Source: Octopus sinensis (Eukaryota). From it: DNA of 64,000 nucleotides. Of this stretch, positions 1 to 12,305 are shown one piece after another (within the stretch, counting starts at the first letter, position 1; the number at the start of each line of letters is the position of its first letter). The notes under the pieces are model-generated. The model saw nothing but the letters and a program-made list of their open reading frames with translations, did not search any database and was not told the DNA's origin. The position numbers and the translations under genes were made by a program. The stretch lies in NCBI RefSeq assembly GCF_006345805.1, contig NC_043025.1, positions 1,550,001-1,614,000 on the forward strand, in the 5' to 3' direction.

Positions 1-1383
1 AAACAAAAGAGGAGTGGTGATAGTGAGTCGCCCTGGAAAATGCCACCTGAAATTTTTACATCACCAGCATTTAGAGATTCATCGTTACTGTTCAAAGTTA
101 GTGGTTCTCCATGATCTCATACTTACGGACAAAAGGTTTCGCAGAGTAGGCGCTATTTTGTACATTTCAAGGCATTTCTTTATCCAACTATGTGGTAGGC
201 TATCAAAAACCTTTTTATAGTCTATCCAGGCTATTGATAAGTTTTTGTGTCGTTTGTGACAATCTTCTAATATCATCTTATTGATGAGTAGCTGATCTTT
301 ACAACCATAGGATCCACGTTTACATCCTTTCTGTTCATTAGGGAATATGCTGCTGTCTATTACAAAACTATAGGTATATTCCGCCAGGACAGATGTTAGC
401 GTTTTATACATAGTTGTTAAGCAGGTTATGGGTCTATAGTTTTTTGGTTCCTTTGTTTCTTCACTTTTTGGAAGCAGGAATGTTAACCCATTAACTAGCC
501 AAGCAGGCATCCGACTACAGTGTTGCAAAACATCATTGTAAAGTTCTGTTAGCAGTTCATGGCTCTCTGGGAAAAGATTCAACCAGAAGTTAGAAATTTT
601 ATCCTTTCCTGGAGACTTTCATTTGCTTGACCTCCTGAGAGCAGATCTTACATCTTCTACCTTGACACCCTCCCACTTTTGCTCCTCTAAGGAGTACAAG
701 TCCGTAGCTATTCTATCAATCCAATGGGCCTTTTCGTTGTGTGTTTTTTCTTCTGCCCAAATTTTATTCCAAAAACCGTGTACTTCGTCTTTTGATGGTA
801 CAGACTTTACAGTAACTGGTGTTTTCCCTATCTTCTTGTAAACATTTTTGGGGTTAATTTTGAACATGTTGTCCTTGACGAATCTAACACGCTTTTCATA
901 CCTCGCTATGCGGGAAGCTCTAGCAGATACCTTTTGCTTGATGGTTTCTATGGTGGCATCAATATCAAGTATAGTTTTCATATATTTTTTCTTTAATTTT
1001 GGGGTTTTGTAGGTTTGGTAGTCTTGTCCACCTTAAGGTTTTTCAAACATTCAATGTCAGACCTAAGTAGTTTAATTTGAAGTTGGATACGCCCTTGCCA
1101 AGAAGGCTTTTTGTGGGAATGTTGCCGTTTTCTAATCTTTTCACGACATAGGATCGTTGAGATTTTCGCGGATGAATAGTACAGGTTGTTGAGATCTGTG
1201 ATCTCAACATCATTAGCTGAAATTATATCCTTAAGTGCAAGGCGGATTTTACCAATTATGTTCATGTTTTGGTTAGAGTTGCGGATTCTTGGGGGTGTAT
1301 CGCGTTCATCTATATTGGTTTCTTTAAGTTTCAGTCATTCAATCATGATTTGATTCTTTAGTTCACGTAGTTCAGTTGTGTCA
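1..1383 (-). mobile_element. 5'-truncated, frameshifted R4/Dong-like (RLE-type) non-LTR retrotransposon; RT continues beyond window start
   Basis: ORFs 993-1265, 619-981 and 85-582 are collinear. The last carries RT motifs KNYRPITCLTTMYKTLT, EQKGC..GSYGCKDQLLINK and AWIDYKKVFDSLPHSWI. Clade assignment is from motif resemblance. Confidence 0.85.
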
Positions 1384-1384
1384 A

Positions 1385-1433
<49 letters not shown>

Positions 1434-1474
1434 TTATATTATTATTATTATTCTTCTTCTTATTATTATTATTA
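1385..1474. repeat. (TTA/TAA)n microsatellite abutting the R4/Dong-like element
   Basis: Direct reading of sequence. Confidence 0.95.
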
Positions 1475-2851
1475 CTGTTGTTTTCAATGTTATCTTTCAA
1501 TTCTGTTTTAATTTTTTTTCGAGAGTCTTTCTGACACTTATCTCAGAGAAACGCACTGTATACATTGGTAGATCATTGACATAAACAAACCAGAATAGTC
1601 ATTTACAAAGTCACGTGAAAGGGAAGAAAGAAAGAAAGAGGAAAAGAGAAAAGAGAAAATAAGAAAAGTAAACTGTTGTGGTGAAAGACCTTAACACCCC
1701 TGTGTGTTTAAAAGATGGATTCGTCGGGATGTTTATCGTTGATGACGACAGAGGGCGTTTTGGAGTTTCTGTGAGCAGTAGTAGAAGTTGGTTGTCTGAA
1801 GACACTGCCTTACCTCTGCTGCGTTATATCATTTATCCAAACGTTTAAGGATATGAAAAAAATGGCGACGTGGTATTCGAAGTTTGCAAAGGACGTCAAA
1901 ATTGAAGGAAACATATTGCTCTTTTGTGCATGAGTATCGACCTGAAACAGGTAAGAAAAAAGAAAAACAAATGTCAAGACCCACTCTACGCTATGGATGC
2001 TGAGGTTTACATTTTCAAGGTAACTGTCCTTTTAAAAACATTAAATGTTTTGAGTGTAGACAAATCGAACATAAAAGCTGATAATGTAGAGAGAAGCAGA
2101 AAGAAAAGTCGAACGAAAAATGTCCTGGAAAGAATATATTGTCAACAAAAATTCTAAGAGAGGCTCAGGAAAAACATTTGTGTTCATAAAAATGAATAAA
2201 ATGAATGTCAAGTTGGCGTTATTGAAAAAAATTGATTACTGAAAATGGGGGTCTTCAACAGTTTATTTAATAAACCTGAAAAATGCTGGACATGAAGTAT
2301 TCCCTGAATAAAAGACAACAGCTTAAAATATTGCGGATAAAATAAAATTTGAATGATTTTGCAATCACATAAAATATTTAAATAAGCCAAGCCATTCAAT
2401 ACCGATCATCCACCTTTCACCCAAATTATTTCACAATTGCTAAGCGTGACTGTAAATAAATTTAAATTTATTTTAATATATGAAAATAAAAAATGATAAC
2501 TGCCATAATATTTTGTCATTCATAAACAAACAATATGTATGCATGGATGTATGGATGGATGGATGGCTGTTTGTGTGTTTGTTTGTGTGCTTGTACGTGC
2601 GTGTATATATGTGTTAGTATATTTATTTACGTATGTCTGTACAAGACATACGTAAATAAATTGATAGGCTCGCTTTTATATAGCACACACACACACACAC
2701 GTATGCGTGTGTGTGTGTGTGTGAGAGAGAAAGAGTGTGAGTTTGTGCTTGTATGTGTATGCGTGTGAAAATGTAATATATATGTAGCATATTATACACA
2801 CACATATACATTTAGACACCAAATTGTAATATTTATGAAAATATTGATCTG

Positions 2852-4009
2852 TCATAATGAAAGAAAGCAAAAGATTTGACGTCCTGGAATAATTCCAAAA
2901 ACCGTGAAAGAATTGTCTGAAATATGGAAACCAAGAACAATGAAGACTTCATTATCATCGGCCCTGAGGAGTAAATATTGTTGAATATCTTTGTATGTCA
3001 GATGTTCAATATCTTCAGATGTTTGGGGTTCAATATGACCGGGTATTTGGTAAATGTTGTTATCACCGTCTGTTATATAAACATATTCACCCATTGTGCT
3101 TAAACAAGGTCTGTAAATATAATCCTTATAATTTCCATGTGTTGGTAGCTTTATACTCCTCACCAAAACCTGTTCCCTGTACCGAGAGATAACATAGTGA
3201 CTACCACTCCTCCACCACTCCTCCTCTTCCTCCCACTTCATAACAACAATATCACCACCAGATGTCACTGTTATATCTAACATCCCTACCACCTCTACCT
3301 CATCATTCTCTACTACCCCACAGCACACTCCACCCCTATATTTACATGTGTCACTATCAATATCAACTATTTCTACATAGTAGTAGTATTTGTCTCTTCC
3401 ATTTTGAGTCCTGTCTCTAATATAATGACCACAACACACAAGTTGATTGCCATTGTTGCTATAAATCCTGTTGTAGTGTTTCTCAGTCTTGATGGTTTTT
3501 AAACGACAGAGATTTCCGTTGAAGAACATCAGTTGTTTACCAAATACAGCAACAAAGCTTTCTAGTGGTGGCGCTTGTTGTTGTGGTAGTTGTTTATGTT
3601 GAAGTATGTCGTCTGTTGTTGTGCTGATTAATGTGACAGTGTCTCTAAACATCAGCACACTGACATTGTCATCTAACCTAACTAGTTGACTATTGTAGTC
3701 TCTACTCTCCTTGAAATTATAATCAACAGTCGCATCGTATGTGCGAATGGAGAGTTGAACCATTGCTGTCCTATGTGGCAGTCTCCTCATTGCTATTTCA
3801 TCAATTCCTGGCATACACTCTGCAAAGTAATTACCACACCTCACCTTCAATCTGCTTCTACCAACTCTTTCACCTAATTTATCTCTTCTTCCAACTCTTC
3901 CTCCACTGTAATTCAATTTATTAATTAATTCATTACTGAGTATTTCGTTGTTCATCTGAGATGTAATGGAAGGGAAATGAAGATCGGAATTAAGCTTTAA
4001 TAACGACAT
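2852..4009 (-). CDS. Intact 385-codon C-terminal part of the beta-propeller frame
   Basis: Longest non-repeat ORF in the window; beta-strand-rich repeats; in frame with upstream ORF 4058-4450 through one TGA. Confidence 0.6.
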   Translation of the reverse strand: MSLLKLNSDLHFPSITSQMNNEILSNELINKLNYSGGRVGRRDKLGERVGRSRLKVRCGNYFAECMPGIDEIAMRRLPHRTAMVQLSIRTYDATVDYNFKESRDYNSQLVRLDDNVSVLMFRDTVTLISTTTDDILQHKQLPQQQAPPLESFVAVFGKQLMFFNGNLCRLKTIKTEKHYNRIYSNNGNQLVCCGHYIRDRTQNGRDKYYYYVEIVDIDSDTCKYRGGVCCGVVENDEVEVVGMLDITVTSGGDIVVMKWEEEEEWWRSGSHYVISRYREQVLVRSIKLPTHGNYKDYIYRPCLSTMGEYVYITDGDNNIYQIPGHIEPQTSEDIEHLTYKDIQQYLLLRADDNEVFIVLGFHISDNSFTVFGIIPGRQIFCFLSL

Positions 4010-5544
4010 AGATTGCAGAACCTTCAGTTGGGCCTCATCAATCCTTACGATATGGCATCATTCAATCAAGCTAACATGGACGCACCAGTAAATATTTCCC
4101 ACATTTCTCCATATCACGCCGTAAGGTATTCGACTTTGCCAAACTCTATATTTCTGCAAATCTTGTTGCTTCAGTTGAAATATTTGCCGTCTGTTAGGGA
4201 TTATCACCATTACGTCTCTTTCTTTTGTAAAACACACACCACCAACTAAACTTCCAGCATCTCTGTGACAAAGCAGCTGCCCGTCTCTGTCAACTATTTT
4301 GACATTGCCATTATTGGTTTTCTCACACACAACTGTTGCTCCTTCATCACAGATATCAATATATTTTACTTGAACTGGATATTTGTCTGTTTGTAAACGA
4401 CAAACAGGGAATTTCTCCCGATTGACCATAAACAAACCTTCAACATACAATTCGTTACTATTCCAACGGCTTCCAACAAACCTTGGCTCTTTACAGTTAT
4501 ACTGGAGAAATATAATTCTTCTTTATAAATTCTCTCATTTAAAAATATTCCGTTGTATTCACCAGCCTGTGTCAAACACACGATGTTTTTCTATTCTCTG
4601 TAGTCACTTAAATATCTTTCCCAGCCACCATCAATGTACAAATAACTGTCGGCAATTGTCATCTTCTTACAAATGCTGATATATTTCATGTAGTGTCTAA
4701 TTGAATGTAAATACTGACCACCACTGTTGAAGAAAATGATGGACTTTCTATTGCTGACAATGATCTCCATCATTAACAGTAACTGTAATATCACGGATGG
4801 GATCATTAATATCACCAGCTGTGTTTCTTGTTATTAACGTTTCGGGTATGTCAATGTGTCCTACTTCGTTCACAGTCGAATGTGTTTCATCAATATCAAC
4901 GACATACAGACTACATTCATCTTCCCATCTACTACAAACCAGCTGATTGTTTGACAAAGAAGCGATGCATTTATATTTATATCTCGTCTGATAAACTAGC
5001 AACGACAATGGAAATTCCACTTTTAATGCCAACAATTGATTTTCATTATCACCAGTTGTAATAACTAGTGTGTTCGACTGCTACCGACAAATTTTGATAT
5101 AGTAACCAACAATCAATTTGATAGAGTCAAGATGTTGACAATCAAATTTTAATATCTTAAAGTTGTTATTATTAATGTCGTATCCGGCAATCAGGTTATT
5201 TTCAGTAATAACCAAAAAATAAATCGCCACTGGTTGTTTGTCTGGAAAACCTGGAGGCACAACATCATGTCTAGCTTTATCAGAAACTGTAAAATCCTGT
5301 AAATATAACGTAGAAGACAACATTTCACTGACACAGATGTTTCTAAAAAATACATTTACCAGGTCGATATACATGTTGACTTCGTTATTTGTAACATGAT
5401 CAATCACCACTAAGTCAAGTTCATTTATAGCAAACATACGACCGTTTTCTGTCAGATAAACAAACATTTTATCAAGACATCCGCCAGAGAGATTAGGAGG
5501 AGCTTTCACTTTTGACAGCAAAAAACTGGGAACCATCTTACAAC

Positions 5545-5567
5545 AACTACTGCTGCTGCTGCTGCCG

Positions 5568-5623
<56 letters not shown>

Positions 5624-5624
5624 G

Positions 5625-5692
<68 letters not shown>

Positions 5693-5709
5693 GCTACTAC
5701 TACTACTGA

Positions 5710-5766
<57 letters not shown>

Positions 5767-5775
5767 CATCATCAC
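5545..5775. repeat. (CTA/AGT)n microsatellite; reads as poly-Ser on the minus strand in frame with ORF 5081-5536
   Basis: Frame CTA(5833)...AGT AGT TGT TGT AAG ATG(5536) has no stop over 99 codons. Confidence 0.85.
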
Positions 5776-7944
5776 CATTAATATTAGTGTTGCACTGAAA
5801 TACCTTTTTCCTTGTAACAATTAATAGCTTTAGTTTTCATTTTCTATTGCTAATGATTTCACTACAAAAGGGATATTAATTCTATAAATTATTTCAACTT
5901 TGTTATAATTTTTAACGGCTAAGATATCTAAATGAGATTGTTTATCACAATAACAAACAATTTCACCTTTAGCCAGCTGACACACCCGTACATAAGGCTG
6001 GCTTAATGATACAGTTCTAACTGCCTTTGACAGGTTCCCAATAACCAGTAATTGTTTTTTTAAGGGTAATGTGACACCAATTTGATTAGAATCCCATCGA
6101 CATATATCTGTAACTGTAGACGGCAGAGATAATCTGGACACAATGTCTCCTTCCTGAGAAATGTATAACAAGCAATCATGGTCGATGTCGGACACCACCA
6201 ACTGTCCATTGGCCAAATGACATATTTCGCCAATGAGAACTTTGTCATTCTCCTTTTCTTTGAGTCGTATATTTAGACTTTTTATGTGTGGATTTTCCAT
6301 ATGTAAAAAACAGCCAGACCAGCCATGATACTTGTAAAGAAGAACCCTGTTGAGTTCACCGTCCGGCACATAAACAGTTCCTTGGAAAACAGCAATGTGA
6401 CGGTGAACAGGGAAAGGTAGTTCCCACTGCCATTTAATTCCTACTTATACATCGTAACATATCACAATAGACTCTCTCTGGAATAGGACATGAAAATAAA
6501 CATTGTCAGAGTAGATGTGATGAGGGTAGCCAAAGAATGAAAGGTATTTTTCAAAAATCTTTTCGCCAGTTAGGGAATGAAATGCCAATTTATTTTTTCT
6601 TCTGTCTGCGACTACAAAATTAGCAGGAGTTGCAGCAATGGTGACATTGCCACGTCCCAGAGAAATTCTTCCTATTATGTCAACTAATTCTTAATCAATA
6701 GGATATGGATCTCCACTTTGTTTTCACTGGTGGTGAGAGCTAAACATTTATTTGATACAATAGGACATATTTTAATGTAATCAGTGTCAAGCATTATCAA
6801 AGGGCCTTTGGTTAGTTCAGGACAGGTGATGCACTGAAGTCCTTTCATTTCGCGATAAAAGACTAGAAATGTGTTTGAGTTTAATCTGCAAATGAGAAAA
6901 AGATGGGAGACAAAAGTTAAATTATTTTTGCTAATTATTTCTCCAGTATCATTGAATATTATAGCTTTCTTATTCCTGTCGATTATTAATATAGAAGATG
7001 TTGACAGAGGTAGAATTTGTGCCATATTATAGCAATCCTCAATATAAATAGAGTTGTTGAAACATGGGCAGTGTGACAGACGGGGCCAAAAGTCTTCATT
7101 TGTTCCAATAGCATGAGGAACCCCGAAATAATCGGTCAAGAAAATTGTATTTCTTCCAACGGAAATATACCGGCATTTCCTGCCAATTTCGCTCTTTGAA
7201 ACAGCACCTGTACCTGAAATTCTATAAATAATATGTCCCTGGAGGACATAAAAATTGTTTTGGTACACGGTGATGTTGGTTGCTAGGTACAGAGAATGGA
7301 TGTCTACTTCAAATAACTGATGGCCATCCAAATTATTACAGGATACTTTGCTAATGTTGGAAAATGCTATTAAAATTTTACTCTGCGGTCCTACAGCAAT
7401 ATCTGCTGGTACCTCTTTGACTATGTATTGTTTTCTAATTGTATTATCATCCCAATCAATAAGGTATATGGTCTTATCAAACATGTCTACACCTATAAAT
7501 GTAGAATATTGTAAATATGATACCAGGAAAAAAACTTAATTGAAGTTTTTTTAATTTTAAAATTTGTGGGATTGATAATAAGAATCGTTTTCTTAAATGG
7601 AAGACTGGCTAGAACTGTGTCTCGTCCGATTCTGGTGATATCGGTGACAGATGATGGGCAATGAACATCATTTCTCCCACTACCCCTTATCTCACAAGAT
7701 ATTGTCATACAATGGCGGGAATATGTTACTATTCCCCCCTTGAATGACAACAATATTGGATATAACATTGTGTACGTTCCTTATGAAGCGGTGGTTGGGA
7801 ACAGACACAGACACGCATACACATATAGTTAGACGCACACATACACATATAGTTACACGCACACTTACAAAGACACACTCATACTACGCACACACACACA
7901 CAAACGCTCACACACATATACGCATCACCCATATACATAAAAAA

Positions 7945-7991
7945 TATACATATATGTATATATGTATATATGTATGTATATATATATATGT

Positions 7992-8064
<73 letters not shown>

Positions 8065-8233
8065 GTATATACATATATATATATATATGTATATACATAT
8101 ATATATATATATGTATATATAATATATATATATATATATTATATGTATATATATATATGTATATATATATATGTATATATATATGTATATATATATGTAT
8201 ATATATATATATTATATATATATATATATATAT
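7945..8233. repeat. (TA)n-rich microsatellite
   Basis: Direct reading. Confidence 0.95.
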
Positions 8234-8385
8234 AAGTAGACAAATGAATTATCTTATTACGGATAATTCGAAAGATAACCGATACCTGGGTAGCAAACTC
8301 ACAACAGAAAAGGCACGGTTGAAGTTACGACCATAGGGCATAAAATCCGTGCCTTAGTGCGGAAATTTGAAGTTTTATATATTAG

Positions 8386-9586
8386 GTATAGGAAAGAATG
8401 GAGCTGAACGAAGATTTAACAAAATTCCTTTATTTTATTTTCGACATATGTTTCGAAGTCTGCAAAGTCCCTAATTCTACAACCATCATAGTAATAAGAA
8501 CGCTGTATTAGTATCGGAAACTAAGCCCAATAGATTAAGGTTCTTATCAAATAACTCCAAAATTAGAAACGCCACTTAACAGTGCAAAATTTATGCTGGA
8601 TCCGATGTCTACCTCTATATCGGCGCTACCTCATCTAAATTAGCCACAAGAATATCAAATCATTTTCCCACTGGGCTAAGCAAATTAGTCTGGCGTTTGA
8701 AGAACGCAAATTCAACTTTTAGGCTGGAATGGTCAATATTATCGGTGTCTTTACCGTTTGATAAGGGCAAAAAAATCTGTGTCCTATGTAATTCCGAACT
8801 CTTTCATATTCTGTTTGCCCGAGGCCGACTAATAAACTCGATTGTTGAGAGTTCTTTCAGATGTCTACACTGGAAAAAGCATACCTTTCTCTCATACCAA
8901 TGAAGTCTACTATAGATAACCCCTGGATTTCCTAAAAAAATTGAAAGGTGATATCTCATCCCGTTTAGTATAAAAGATTTTCTCATAGTTGCCAAGAACT
9001 ACTACCAATCCCAACAGTAACCTTGTATCTTGTCATTGCTATTGTGGCCTCCATCTGCCCTCTCCCTAGTAAGTTGACACATTCGAACACACAGACACAA
9101 TCTTTTCAGTTCTTGAACGTTAATTTTTGCTATCTCTCTCTGCCTTCCACACACACTTTCACGCATTGAAAGATGCACACACCCACACACAAACACACAT
9201 TAAGGCAATTTTGCACACTCATACATTCGAGCACTCATTCATAAAATAAACCAACAAAATTTTCATATACCTTCCTTCTCCTACCTTGATTCTGCCCTTG
9301 AACTATGTCAACGGACAATTTCTCCTGCTTTCAACCAATCTGGCGCCACCCCCTATAAATATACATTATTTATCATTACCTTTATGGGCTCCTCGTGAGC
9401 AGTCGTCGAAAAGCTGGTTGTGCATTTTGTTGGAGAATTAAGTTCCTGGATTTTCCTGAAGAGAAAGCTGCATAATGGACTCCTTATTCACTCGGAATTA
9501 GGGACTTTGCAGACTTCGAAACATATGTCGAAAATAAAATAAAGGAATTTTGTTAAATCTTCGTTCAGCTCCATTCTTTCCTATAC
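8386..9586 (+). mobile_element. Penelope-like element (PLE) remnant: inverted partial pLTR, GIY-YIG domain, 3' pLTR with hammerhead
   Basis: 8583-8903 translates CKIYAGSDVYLYIGATSSKLATRISNH..LSKLVWRLK..LEWSIL..PFDKGKKICVLCNSE..LIN..E..CLH (GIY-YIG C-terminus). 8386-8477 is a 92-bp inverted copy of 9495-9586. Confidence 0.8.
9450..9535 (+). ncRNA. Type I hammerhead ribozyme motif (PLE-associated)
   Basis: ATTTTC-CTGAAGA(9456-62)-G..stem II (CTGCA/TGCAG)..C-GAAAC-ATAT-GTC(9529)-GAAAAT; 6-bp stem I; palindromic stem III ACATATGT; GUC cleavage triplet. Confidence 0.8.
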
Positions 9587-9600
9587 TTTATATATATATA

Positions 9601-9648
<48 letters not shown>

Positions 9649-9661
9649 TGTATGTATATAT

Positions 9662-9693
<32 letters not shown>

Positions 9694-9697
9694 CATA

Positions 9698-9740
<43 letters not shown>

Positions 9741-10127
9741 TAAGTATATATTTATGTACATATATATACATATATATGTATATATATATATTTAAATATA
9801 AGAGAGAGGTCACTATGTGGCTCTATCTGGCACTAGAAATAGATCCGATAGGTTTCAGCCACAAAATAAATGTTTCCAATGAAAGTCAGCACGCCTGTTA
9901 GCTCAAACGAACAGGGCAAATAAAAATAACAAAAATACAGATTATTTTGGGACAATTGTTTCGCTATTAATGAATTAAATGTAATTTTACTCACAGTAAT
10001 TCACTTGTAGCTCTTCAGCCAAAACCTTCTAAAATACAATTTACTCAATGGACTGAACCGCATGTGTACTTATCGTTATGGTAAAATCTGGCGTACGAGA
10101 GAGAAATACGATGGAATGAATGCGTAT

Positions 10128-10470
10128 ACAGGTGTGGCTGTGAGATAAAAGAAGTGTGTTTTCCAACCACATGGTTCCGGGTTCAATCCGACTGCATGGT
10201 AATATTGTAAAGTTTCCTTTACTATACGGTTGGACCGACCAAAGCCTTGTGAACGGATTTGGTAGATGGAAACTGAAAGAAGCCCGAAGTATGTACAAGT
10301 ATAAATCAACCGGTGTTGATGTATTTACGTCTCCGTTTGTTAGCGGTGCGGCAAAAAGAGATCGATTGGTTTATAAAATGTTGTCCTTGGATGGTTTTGT
10401 TCTATTGAAACCCTTCAGCATGGCCGCAGTCAGACAACTGAAATCAGTAAAAGAATACCAGGCTATACAG
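10128..10470 (+). mobile_element. tRNA-derived SINE (plus adjacent inverted SINE 3' piece)
   Basis: GTGGCTGTG..CATGGTTCCGGGTTCAATCC..CCGACCAAAGCCTTGTG..GGAAACTGAAAGAAGCCCG is shared with copies at 12146, 17775(-), 37745, 39585 and 45675. Confidence 0.75.
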
Positions 10471-11206
10471 ATGTGTGTGTGTGCCTCTGTCTGTCTGTAT
10501 GTCTATCTCTGTCTGTGTGTATGTGTGTGTGCGTGTGCATATGTATGTATGTAAATAATGTGTTGGTAACAATTTTTTCATAGACGTTTCTTAAAATGTC
10601 TTTCACTTTTCTATTTAAAAATATATCACGGTGCTTCGTTTCTATCTCTAGCATAGTCCCAGACCATATAATGGACAATACTTGATAAATGCTTCGTAAA
10701 CTGTCCTTCAATTTTTTATATGAAAAACTACAGAGACATGAAGGATATTGGTTGCTGCTTCTAGCTTTGTCATACCACCATTATGTCTATTTCTTTTCTA
10801 AGTATGCCGTAAGTATCCTTCGCTTTGGAAAATGTAAATCAAAGTAAATTTGATGGTTCCCGTATTCTGTTTCGATATTCAAGAAAGGCAATAAATATAA
10901 AAAACAGGAATTTTTCTTACAGTGTCCTTCAATCTGGTATGAAATAGAAGACAAGTTTGTGAACGACTCACTGTTATTTTTAGCATCATGTGAACTCAGG
11001 TACAAGACAACTATTCTTGGAGATGTTTCTTAACCTGTCCCTGTATACCAAGATTATTTAATAATTTAGATTAATAACTCCATAACAATTATATAATTAA
11101 CAAATAGATGCAGATTGATCTTTGTGGTTCAGATGTTTGATAGCTCCGGATTTCCCAATGCCCTGAAATGGAAATGATAGAAGGAAACTATGTGGAAGAT
11201 CGTCGC

Positions 11207-11870
11207 ATATGTGTGAGTGTGTGTGAGTGTGTGTGTGTGAGTGTGTGTGTGTGTGTGTGTGAGAGTGAGTTGTGTGTGTGTGAGAGTGAGTGTGTGTGTG
11301 TGAGAGAGAGTGAGTGTGTGTGTGTATGAGTGTGTGTGTGAGTGTGAGTGTGTGTGTGAGAGTGAGTGTGTGTCTGAGAGTGAGTGTGTGAGAGTGAGTG
11401 TGTGTGTGTGTGTGTGAGAGAGTGAGTGTGTGTGTGTATGAGTGTGTATGTGAGAGTGAGTGTGTGAGTGCGTGTGTGTGTGAGAGTGAGTGTGTGTGTG
11501 TATGTATGAGTGAAAGTGTGTGCTTGTGTGTGAGTGCGTGTGTGAGAGTGAGTGTGTGTCTGTGAGAGTGTGTGTGTGAGTGTGTGTGTGAGTGTGAGTG
11601 TGTGTGTGAGAGTGAGTGTGTGTGTGTGTATGAGTGAAAGTGTGTGCTTGTGTGTGAGTGAGTGTGTGTGTGTGTGTGAGTGAGTGTGTGTGTGTGTGAG
11701 TGTGTGTGTGAGTGTGTGTGTGTGTGAGAGTGAGTGTGTGTGTGTGTGAGTGTGTGTGTGTGAGAGAGTGAGTGTATGTGTGAGTGAGTGTGTGTGTGTG
11801 TGTGTGTGTGAGAGAGTGAGGGTGTGTGTATGTGTGAGTGAAAGTGTGTATGTGTGTGTGAGTGTGTGTA
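11207..11870. repeat. Compound (GT)n/(GAGT) microsatellite
   Basis: Direct reading; explains the spurious His/Thr ORF. Confidence 0.95.
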
Positions 11871-12145
11871 CGTTTGTTTGCGTTTGTATTTGTATTTGTA
11901 CGTGTGTGACTGTACCGTTTCCTTCATTGCCACATGAGCATTGCGCTTGTTTTGCTTACGCCCCAGGACCTAGCAGTTTGACAATAGACACCGAACCAAT
12001 AAGTACAACACTTACAAAATAAATTAAGTGTTACGCTACATCATTCAAGCAAAAACTTTTCAAGACGTTGCTCCCAGCATGTCGCAGAACACTCATTGGA
12101 ACAAATAAAGTTGAAAAATAATGAACGAAATAATAAATTTATAAA

Positions 12146-12305
12146 CAGGCGTGGCTGTGTGGTAAGGAGCTTCAGTCTCAAGCACATGGTTCTAGGTTCA
12201 ATCCAACTGCATCACAACTAGAGCAACTATTTTCTATTATAACCTTAGGCCGACTAAAGTCTGGTAAGTGGATTTGGTAGATAGAAACTGAAAGAAGCCC
12301 ATCAG
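12146..12305 (+). mobile_element. tRNA-derived SINE
   Basis: Same family as 10128; B-box-like GGTTCAATCC. Confidence 0.7.

Larger units (their letters stand above)
2852..7779 (-). pseudogene. Giant single-exon multi-beta-propeller (NHL-like) coding region, disrupted
   Basis: Nine ORF-track pieces join into one frame. In-frame stops at 6445-47, 5081-83, 4591-93 and 4058-60; frameshifts near 7530, 6690, 5835, 4770 and 4450. Recurrent blade-like motifs: PSSVTDITRIGRDTVLASLPFKKTILII, PSTVTDICRWDSNQIGVTLPLKKQLLVI, NGQLVVSDIDHDCLLYISQEG, IAVFQGTVYVPDGELNRVLLY, IRDITVTVND.EIIVSN, MLDITVTSGGDIVVM. Confidence 0.75.

Noticed and set aside
1800-2160. Possible first exon (ATGGCG..CAG/GTAAG)
   Set aside because: Early stop, no downstream partner exon, no recognisable product.
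7744-8336. Tyr/Ile-rich, His/Thr-rich, poly-V/L/D/M ORFs here and at 9550, 11097, 18292, 34215, 48981, 56451, 59051
   Set aside because: Translations of microsatellites.
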